Assembly: GCA_965267575.1 (NCBI GenBank)
Contig: OZ254086.1
Location: 704,001-768,000 of the forward strand
Reading direction: 5' to 3'
From: Calditrichales bacterium
GTDB lineage: Bacteria > Calditrichota > Calditrichia > Calditrichales > J004
DNA length: 64,000 nt
Position 1 is the first letter of the stretch; each line of letters starts with the position of its first letter. The position numbers and the translations under genes were made by a program. The notes under the pieces were generated by a model. It was given only the letters and a program-made list of their open reading frames with translations. It searched no databases and was not told the origin of the DNA. This document shows, in pieces, positions 57,022 to 64,000 of this stretch.

Positions 57022-57464
57022 TTTTGTGTGCTCACGTAAGTCAGGATGTCGAGGACCTGTTGCTCGTTGCGGGCCACGGCCATTGCCGCGGCATCCACCT
57101 CTTTCAGCGCGTGGTCGAATTCTTCGGGATGAATGACAATTATCTTGGCGCCAAGCGCCGCGGCATATCCGGCATCAAAAGCGGCATTCCACTGGCGGTA
57201 TTTTTCGCCAAACTTGACAATGACAATATCGGCACGCTCGATGGCACTGCGGATGCGCATGGCATTTATTTTGGCCGCTTTGTGGTCTTTCCAGAAGCTG
57301 TCGCTCTCCTCACCCAGAATATTGACGCCCACGGTATCGCTGGCATCATGCTCGGTGACCGGTGCCAGCACATCGACCGGCAGCTCTTTTTGCCGGATGC
57401 CGTCGATCAGCTCGTTGCGCCAGTTGGAATGAATCTCTCCGGAAAGGTAAACAGTGAAATGCAT
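57018..57464 (-). CDS. YtoQ-family protein (nucleoside 2-deoxyribosyltransferase-like fold)
   Basis: 'VYLSGEIH..WR', 'FGEKYRQWNAAFDAGYAAALG', 'HALKEVD'. Confidence 0.9.
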   Translation of the reverse strand: MHFTVYLSGEIHSNWRNELIDGIRQKELPVDVLAPVTEHDASDTVGVNILGEESDSFWKDHKAAKINAMRIRSAIERADIVIVKFGEKYRQWNAAFDAGYAAALGAKIIVIHPEEFDHALKEVDAAAMAVARNEQQVLDILTYVSTQK

Positions 57465-57480
57465 AATACTCCTTCATCAA

Positions 57481-58386
57481 TCAGGTTGTAAAAAAGGCGA
57501 CAAAAAACAAAATCGCCCTGTAAGCGATCAATATATAATAAAATGTGAGTGTTAAAAGAAACGCCTTTAATGCCGCGGAAATTTTCCCCTGGTTGAACGC
57601 CCTTCGTAAAGCCGCAAACAGGTAGAAAAGTAAAAGCATAAACGCGGTAAATGTGAGAACGGATTCGTTTGACAGATAAAAGCGAGTGCGCATTCCGCTT
57701 AAAGAATTCCAGAAAACAGAAATACTTTCCAAAAAGGAAAGCCCGAAAATTGCATGCCAGATATTAATCAAAATGCTTAAAAAAACTATAGCCACAATGA
57801 CGGCTGTTAAGGTGTATGCAAAAAAATGCGAAGAAAAAACCAGTGAGCGGATGAAGAACTCGCTTTTGCGGCGGACCAGTATATGAAGCGCAAAAGCGAA
57901 CGGGGGCACCATGATGAAAATCAGCGTTTTTGATTGGGTATCGGCCACGCGGTTAAACAAAGCCGAATAGTCCGAAAAACTCGTTTCACGGCTTTCGATT
58001 TCCTCGCTAACCATCTCACCAGCCAGCTCTTTGTGCCAGAAATTGCCACTGCTTAGGTGCGACTGAAGTGGTGTATTAAAGGTTTGGACAATACCGAAGC
58101 TGGCCAGCAAAAAATAAAACACGTTGGCAATCAGAAAAACCTGTACCGGCTTAAGATAGTTTTTGCGTCGTCCGGCCATATACTCCGAAGTAAGAGTACC
58201 GGGCTTTGTGTAAAGCAATCTGCATGTGCTAAAAAAATTGCCATTGAGGTTGGTCATTCCCTCGAAAATATGCTTAAAAAAGTGGCTGATCGTATAGTCG
58301 GAGCGTTGAAGTCTTTTTTCTCCGCAATGGTGACAATAATATCCCTTTAGGGCGCGGCCACAGCTGGCACAGTGCATTTCCTCCAA
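57481..58386 (-). CDS. DUF3667-domain membrane protein with N-terminal Zn ribbon
   Basis: 'C.SCG....G.YC..CGEK', 'PG.LT.EY..GRRK.Y..P', multiple TMs; AT-rich. Confidence 0.85.
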   Translation of the reverse strand: MEEMHCASCGRALKGYYCHHCGEKRLQRSDYTISHFFKHIFEGMTNLNGNFFSTCRLLYTKPGTLTSEYMAGRRKNYLKPVQVFLIANVFYFLLASFGIVQTFNTPLQSHLSSGNFWHKELAGEMVSEEIESRETSFSDYSALFNRVADTQSKTLIFIMVPPFAFALHILVRRKSEFFIRSLVFSSHFFAYTLTAVIVAIVFLSILINIWHAIFGLSFLESISVFWNSLSGMRTRFYLSNESVLTFTAFMLLLFYLFAALRRAFNQGKISAALKAFLLTLTFYYILIAYRAILFFVAFFTT

Positions 58387-58437
58387 AGCGGTACTCCTTT
58401 AGGCCTGAACTTGGAGAAAGCTATGACGTCCACTCAT

Positions 58438-60087
58438 TCAACGCAATAAAAGCAGTTTTTGGGTAGCAATAAACCCGCCGCTGCGCAGGTGCAGATAGTA
58501 AACACCGCTGGCAAGATCTTCGGCATTCAGCGAAAGGGTGTGCTCGCCCGCCGCCATGTCGCCGCTGTGCAGCTCCTTAACCCGGCTGCCGCGGTTGTCA
58601 AAAACGGATATACGGGTAAACTGCTGCCGCGGCAAAAAAAAACGTATCCGCGTTTGCGGGTTAAATGGATTGGGATAAGCGGGATAAAGCATGGTCTTGC
58701 GTGGTACCCGTGGAGTCTCTTTCTCCAGGGAAGTAACAAAGCGGTTGTTTAAGTTGTAGCGGGCAGACGCATCAATGAAGTGCAGACGCGCCCCTGCTAT
58801 GCCGCAATAGTTGGTGGGCTCGAAGCCGTTAACACCAAACCAGGCGGCGCCGTATGTCTCCAGAACGTAGAGAATTTTGTCGCTTTTAATGTCACCATTG
58901 GGCGATACCGCGATGCTGTTATTGTTATCGGCCCAGATAACGGTCAAGCCCGGGTTTTCTGTTGCCGCCCACATGCCGCCCACGAAGCGGTTTTCGTAGT
59001 AGTCATTATCATCATACAACTGTGGGATGATTACCGTACCGGGGATGGTGCTGTTACCCTCCTGCCAGCGCAGATTGCCGTTCCAGGCATTCAGCTCGCT
59101 GCCGGTCAGGCGGCGCACATCCACGTCTCCCAGCGCCGTTAGCGATGCATCCGATCCATTCAATACCGTATCAGGATAGGTAAACGTTGGCGGCTCAACC
59201 CAGGCATAGGCATCCATGTACTCTCCGCCATCCAACACCTGGCGGCTGTTCAAATCATACACGGCGCCGTGCACCAACTGGTCAAAACCGATATGTGTGA
59301 AAAGCACAGGCTTACCGGCTTCGGCTTTAACCACAGAGTTTTCCGTTTTATAAAGGATTGTGACCGTGCCGTGACCCCAGGCGGTTGCTCTGCCATCCGG
59401 CTCAATGCACAGGGCGGTTTTATCAGCCACACCTATGCCGGTGATGTTGTCGTCGCCATCGTCCTGGATGCGCTGGGCCAGCATAGGCACAAGTCGACCC
59501 ATCCGTCCGCGTGAGTGAAAATGCGAGTCGGTCAGGATATCCGGCAGGATGTGCAGAAAGTCATCTTCCAGGTGGATGTCAGGATGGTAGGCATTATAGG
59601 CCGCCTGCTCGGGATAAGAAGATCCGAATTTTGCATCGAACACCACGTCGCCCAAAACGGCCAGTCCGGCGCTGGTGCCGCCAATAGCGCCTCCTTTGCT
59701 GAATACATAATGGATGGCCTCTCCGACAAGCGTGCCTTTCCAGTTGCTCACATAATCATACTGGTCCCCGCCTTCCATAAAAATGCCGCCGGCTTCGATC
59801 AGCTTTTTGTAAACCGAAGAATCATTGGCCTCCGTGCGGTTGCTTATCTGCAGGGCTTCGGCATCGGACGCGCCCAGCGATTTGAAATAGGACGGGTACC
59901 AGTCGCTGGCACTGCTGGCATCAATGTTGATGATCTTGCCGGAATCGGCCTGCTGCACAAACCAGCCATACGGTATGTCCGACCAGCTGCCATAATCCTC
60001 CGCGCCGCCGCCAACCAGCAAAGCCGAACCCTGCGCCCATAGCTGAGATGTGCCCAATAAAGCGATCAGAAATAATTTTTTAAACAT
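58438..60087 (-). CDS. Secreted cyanophycinase-like S51 peptidase with T9SS-like C-terminal domain
   Basis: Signal peptide from ATG 60087 (GGAG RBS); 'LVGGGAE', 'GGDQ..Y', 'GGTSAG', 'DSHFHSRGRMGRL'; CTD 'YPNPFNPQT'. Confidence 0.85.
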   Translation of the reverse strand: MFKKLFLIALLGTSQLWAQGSALLVGGGAEDYGSWSDIPYGWFVQQADSGKIINIDASSASDWYPSYFKSLGASDAEALQISNRTEANDSSVYKKLIEAGGIFMEGGDQYDYVSNWKGTLVGEAIHYVFSKGGAIGGTSAGLAVLGDVVFDAKFGSSYPEQAAYNAYHPDIHLEDDFLHILPDILTDSHFHSRGRMGRLVPMLAQRIQDDGDDNITGIGVADKTALCIEPDGRATAWGHGTVTILYKTENSVVKAEAGKPVLFTHIGFDQLVHGAVYDLNSRQVLDGGEYMDAYAWVEPPTFTYPDTVLNGSDASLTALGDVDVRRLTGSELNAWNGNLRWQEGNSTIPGTVIIPQLYDDNDYYENRFVGGMWAATENPGLTVIWADNNNSIAVSPNGDIKSDKILYVLETYGAAWFGVNGFEPTNYCGIAGARLHFIDASARYNLNNRFVTSLEKETPRVPRKTMLYPAYPNPFNPQTRIRFFLPRQQFTRISVFDNRGSRVKELHSGDMAAGEHTLSLNAEDLASGVYYLHLRSGGFIATQKLLLLR

Positions 60088-60112
60088 AACTATACTCCAC
60101 TTCAACGATCTC

Positions 60113-61558
60113 TCAATTCCCCGTGACGCGGTAAACGGGCAGCGCCCGGCCCGGCAACGCCAGTTCGCGGAAAGGCTGCCACTCGTAAATGCCGTACAAC
60201 ATCGCCGGTTCCAGCAGCAGCGGCACGCGCAGGGCATGCGGCTGGCTCATGGGCACGTAAAGGCTGCCTTTGCCAAAAGTGATCAGGCTGTCTTTTTGCA
60301 GGGTGACAATCTGCCGGCCGTCATAGCGATTATAGATAGCATCGAACTCTGTTTCCAGGCGCTCAAAACGGGCGGCTTGTACGAGAATGTCACGTTCACC
60401 TTCCAAGACTTCAAACTGCAGCGCCTGCCGCTCCAGCCAGGCTTTAAAAACGGCGGCAGCCGAAGCATCGATGAGGTAGCCCTGCGGCGCGGGCACGCTG
60501 CGTTTTATCACGCGTGTTTTCATAAAGTTGGGCGTGGCGATTGTTTTGACGGTCCCGGAAGCTTTATCGATCACCTTCACATCATACAGCGTCGGGCCCG
60601 TGTTGGCCCAAAAGTAGTTAACCGGAATAAAAGCGGGTGGTTGCGCGGCGTGGGCCTGTTCAATTAAGCGACGTTCTTCCGCGCGGTGCGTATCATCATG
60701 CAGCAGCCTGTCAAAGATCGCCAGGTAGGCCTCAACGCGTTTTATCAGGTCAGCCTGCGGATCGGGCGCGTTACGCTTAATACCGGATTCGATGATAAAT
60801 GACAGACCGCCGTATGCCCCAAGGCCGTTACGTCCGTCATCAGCCTCCAACGTGCTAAAACGCTGTTCCTGCAGCGGCGGCACCCCGCCCACATAGTAGC
60901 GCGTATAGTTGATTCCTTTCGCGGCCATGAACGGTTCTATCTTTTCACACCAGCGCTGGCCGGCCATGAACAGTTCTTTGCTGTAGAGCGGATTATTGGC
61001 GCAATCCATCATAATGATCGGCCACTCGCTCCAGCCATTTTCGGCATAGTCGCGGCTATCGCGCCCAAACTCGTGGCAGTCCACGGCCACGTGCGGCAAG
61101 ATGCGGCGAAACGTTTCGTGCAATATGCGCGTCTCCGGCTGTTGCATCACGATATGGTCGCGGTTCAGATCGGCATCGTTGGCATTGCGCCGGCGGTCGG
61201 CACTGTTGCCGTCCGGGTTAACCGAGGGGATGATCCACAGCTCCACGTCATCCGGTAAATAGCCGGGGTCCGTGGCGATTTTTTTAATAAGCGCCGCCAG
61301 GGCGTCTTTGCCGGCGTGTTCGTTGCCGTGCTGCTGGCCGTATAAAAATACCTTCCATGGTTGTTTGTCCCGGCCTCCATGATACAGATGTACAAGAAAC
61401 AGCGGATTGTTATTTACGCTGTATCCGGCGGTATCCACGCTGATAAACGATTGTCGGGCCGCCGTATTCAGGACTTCGCCGATCTGTTCATTGCTGAGCG
61501 TTTGTGCCTGGATATGGCAAAAGGCCAGAAATATAAACAGGAAAAGTTGTCTCATCAT
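60113..61558 (-). CDS. Secreted M14-family zinc carboxypeptidase/deacylase
   Basis: Signal peptide; 'QQHGNE', 'VNPDG', 'RRNAN..DLNRDH', 'VDCHE'. Confidence 0.87.
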   Translation of the reverse strand: MMRQLFLFIFLAFCHIQAQTLSNEQIGEVLNTAARQSFISVDTAGYSVNNNPLFLVHLYHGGRDKQPWKVFLYGQQHGNEHAGKDALAALIKKIATDPGYLPDDVELWIIPSVNPDGNSADRRRNANDADLNRDHIVMQQPETRILHETFRRILPHVAVDCHEFGRDSRDYAENGWSEWPIIMMDCANNPLYSKELFMAGQRWCEKIEPFMAAKGINYTRYYVGGVPPLQEQRFSTLEADDGRNGLGAYGGLSFIIESGIKRNAPDPQADLIKRVEAYLAIFDRLLHDDTHRAEERRLIEQAHAAQPPAFIPVNYFWANTGPTLYDVKVIDKASGTVKTIATPNFMKTRVIKRSVPAPQGYLIDASAAAVFKAWLERQALQFEVLEGERDILVQAARFERLETEFDAIYNRYDGRQIVTLQKDSLITFGKGSLYVPMSQPHALRVPLLLEPAMLYGIYEWQPFRELALPGRALPVYRVTGN

Positions 61559-63021
61559 CAGCTCCCCACAATGGTTTCATCTTCGCGTACGCGCGGGGCT
61601 ATGGCGATACCGGTGAACCCGTAAAGTATGGCAAAAACAATCCCAAGATAACACATAAAAGACCAGGGTGCGTAGCTTAAAACCGGTACTCCCAGCGTTG
61701 CCGACATAAAAATGCCGGCCATGCTCCACGGTACCAGCGGCACCACCACCGTGCCGGAGTCTTCCGTGGTACGTGACAGGTTTTTAGCAGCCAGATTGCG
61801 GGCGCGAAAGGCCGGCGCAAACAGCTCGCCCGGGATCAATATGGCCAAAAAAGAGCTGCCGGTAATAAAAGCGATTACCGCGCTGCCCAGCGCCGAACTG
61901 GTTATCAGCATACCGACGGATGAAACAAATTGCAGCAGTTTATCGAGAATGGCCTGCAGCATGCCCGTGGCCTGCACGATGCCGGCAAAGGCAAAAGCGC
62001 AAAAAGCGATCAGCGTAACATCCATCATGCTCATCATGCCGCCGCGGTTAAGCAGGGTATCGGTCAGCTCAAAGCCGGTACTGATGCTGTAGCCGTTGGT
62101 CAGCGCGTTGAACACGTCCACAAAGCCCATGCCCTGGATGGTGCCGGCAAAAACCACGGCAAGCGCCGTCGCGGCAATCATGCCCGGGATGGTGGGCAGC
62201 TTGCGCACGGCAAAAAATAGGATCAGCACGGGCGGCGTAAACAACCACCAGCTAAACGTAAAATTGGCCGAGAGGTTATCCAGAATCAGATTGATCTGAT
62301 CGACCGGCAGAACGCGGTCGCCGTAGCCCAGGCCGATGAAAAAGTAGATAACCATGCCGATAAGCCAGGCCGGGACGGTTGTCCACAAAAGATGGCGGAT
62401 ATGGTCGAACAGGTTGCTGCCCGCGGCAATGGGCGCCAGGTTGGTCGTATCGGAAAAAGGCGACAGTTTATCGCCAAAATAGGCGCCGGTGATAATGGCG
62501 CCGGCAGCAGGGGCCAATGGAATACCCAGCCCCTGGGCTATGCCGATAAAGGCAATCCCGATAGTGCCTACGGTGCCCCACGAGGTACCTATAAAAAGCG
62601 AAACCACGCTGCACACCAGGCAGGCGGTGATCAGAAAATAGTCCGGTGAGATAAGCTTAAGGCCGTACCAGATCAGCATGGGGATGGTGCCGCTGGCAAT
62701 CCATGAACTGATAAGGAAGCCGACGCAGATGACGATCAGCATGGCCGGCAGCGCCTGGCGCACTGATTCGACAATACCCTGTTCCATCTGCTTCCAGCTA
62801 TAGCCCAGCCACAGCCCGATGAGCCCGGCAACAGCGGCGGCGGCAATAAGCAGCACTTCGGCGCGGACACGGAAAAAGCCGTAACCTACACCCAGCAGCA
62901 AGCCCATCACCAGTAAGGGAATCAGGCTAAGGCCAAAAGACGGTTTGCGTGGTTCTTTCAAAACGGTTTTCCTAAAGTTAAAAAGGCGGGGAAAAGACCC
63001 CGCCTTTTTGTCCAACTCCAT
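61558..63021 (-). CDS. nhaC: NhaC-family antiporter/amino-acid transporter
   Basis: 'WIASGTIP', 'GTSWGT.GTIG', 'GAYFGDKLSPFSDTTNLA', 'NLSRTTEDSGT...LVPW'. Confidence 0.92.
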   Translation of the reverse strand: MELDKKAGSFPRLFNFRKTVLKEPRKPSFGLSLIPLLVMGLLLGVGYGFFRVRAEVLLIAAAAVAGLIGLWLGYSWKQMEQGIVESVRQALPAMLIVICVGFLISSWIASGTIPMLIWYGLKLISPDYFLITACLVCSVVSLFIGTSWGTVGTIGIAFIGIAQGLGIPLAPAAGAIITGAYFGDKLSPFSDTTNLAPIAAGSNLFDHIRHLLWTTVPAWLIGMVIYFFIGLGYGDRVLPVDQINLILDNLSANFTFSWWLFTPPVLILFFAVRKLPTIPGMIAATALAVVFAGTIQGMGFVDVFNALTNGYSISTGFELTDTLLNRGGMMSMMDVTLIAFCAFAFAGIVQATGMLQAILDKLLQFVSSVGMLITSSALGSAVIAFITGSSFLAILIPGELFAPAFRARNLAAKNLSRTTEDSGTVVVPLVPWSMAGIFMSATLGVPVLSYAPWSFMCYLGIVFAILYGFTGIAIAPRVREDETIVGS

Positions 63022-63033
63022 TTGTCGTGTTCC

Positions 63034-63999
63034 TTACTTAACGAGCAGCATTTTGCCGCTAAGACTGATGCCGGAGCCGTGCAGGCGGTAAAAGTAGACA
63101 CCTGACGAAACGTTGTTGCCATTATCGTCCAGGCCATTCCATACAGCTTGGTTGTCGCCGGCCGGTGTGCTGCCGGAAACAAGCGTCCGTACTCTCTTGC
63201 CGCTGATGTCATAGACAGCCAGCGTAATATCGCGTGCTTTGTCCAGTGAGAATTCGATAGTGGTACTGGGGTTGAACGGGTTCGGGTAATTTTTGTCCAG
63301 ACGAACCGTTTGCGGCGCGCGGATCACTTCATCTTCCAGACCGGTAATCAGACCGGTAATGTGAACAATACCTTCAGATTCCGTGGAAACCCAGATTTCG
63401 TTGTCCTTGATCTCCAGATGGGTCAAAACATCCTGCGGGATCTTGTCGGCTGTTGAAGCTGAATCGTATTGCGTAAATGAGCCGTCATCCTGCAGGGCGA
63501 TCAACCCGCCGCCGTTTGTGGCCAGCCACAAGGTGCCGTTTACATCCGCTTCCAGATCGTTGATGTCGTATTGCAGAGCATCGCTCCACTCGGAATCATA
63601 AAAGGTCACGGTACCATTGTTTTCGATTTTTACCAGTTCCAGGTTGCCATTGATCGGCACCCACAGATTGTCGTTGGGATCGATGGTCATGGCGTAGGTC
63701 CAGTCACCTTCGATTTCCGAGATCAGGTTCCAGTCGCCGTTGGTGTCGCGGTAGCTTACACCGTACCAGGTCAAAACCCAAAGCTGACCCTGGGTGTCTT
63801 CACGCAGGTCATAAATCTCGGGGCGGGCATCCTGCTGTGTAAGCGTATAACCCAAATCAGCCATGGACCAGCCTTCCCAGTTTTCGCCATGGTCGCTGCT
63901 TACCCAAACGCGGGCGTTTTCACGATCGTCTTCACGCTGGCTGATGTAGATGTTGCCTTTAGAGTCAGTTTCAACAGTACGTGTGTATTTGTCAAAAGT
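63034..63999 (-). CDS. Secreted beta-propeller protein (regulator-propeller/BNR repeats) with FlgD-Ig C-terminal domain, 5'-truncated by the window
   Basis: Frame open to the window end ('SSDHGENW' Asp-box); 'D..G.LW..T..GG' repeats; CTD 'NYPNPFNPST...WNGLDDNGNNVSSGVYFY'. Confidence 0.85.
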   Translation of the reverse strand, partial: TFDKYTRTVETDSKGNIYISQREDDRENARVWVSSDHGENWEGWSMADLGYTLTQQDARPEIYDLREDTQGQLWVLTWYGVSYRDTNGDWNLISEIEGDWTYAMTIDPNDNLWVPINGNLELVKIENNGTVTFYDSEWSDALQYDINDLEADVNGTLWLATNGGGLIALQDDGSFTQYDSASTADKIPQDVLTHLEIKDNEIWVSTESEGIVHITGLITGLEDEVIRAPQTVRLDKNYPNPFNPSTTIEFSLDKARDITLAVYDISGKRVRTLVSGSTPAGDNQAVWNGLDDNGNNVSSGVYFYRLHGSGISLSGKMLLVK

Positions 64000-64000
64000 A

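Noticed and set aside
58438-60237. ORF-track start at 60237 giving a Cys-rich N-terminus
   Set aside because: It overlaps the M14 gene. ATG 60087 has a GGAG RBS and begins a normal signal peptide.

Overview
Chromosomal window from a Gram-negative bacterium that looks FCB-associated, probably Calditrichota-like. This is inferred from five secreted proteins ending in a 'YPNPFNPxT...SG(V/L)Y' FlgD-Ig/T9SS-type C-terminal domain and from a bL38-like gene. I saw no rRNA, tRNA, CRISPR array, transposase, integrase or reverse transcriptase. Main loci: (1) A Y_Y_Y histidine kinase/NarL-type regulator pair with a duplicated 21-bp operator-like palindrome, followed by a likely target operon. (2) A subtilase of about 1960 aa with ten 97-aa cadherin-like repeats. 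(3) A probable zinc-starvation locus: a perfect palindrome, a 100-aa exported leader ORF ending in KAPP whose last codons can base-pair with the next gene's Shine-Dalgarno, a His-rich lipoprotein and a ZnuD-like TonB-dependent receptor, followed by bL38-like, one-Cys L28 and Cys-free L33 genes. (4) folE2 and a GluR0-like ligand-gated K+ channel. (5) An rnfB-PFOR-rnfCDGEA-small Cys protein-FNR operon with a Rex-like box. (6) An asnB-nadE-like-ACP-Tat DUF362-GNAT cluster. (7) An NhaC-M14 peptidase-secreted cyanophycinase-like cluster. Intergenic regions carry REP-like hairpins and several families of short periodic repeats. The best candidate for an undescribed system is the KAPP leader/anti-SD switch ahead of the metal-uptake genes. 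All functional calls come from motif recognition by eye; no database search was run.
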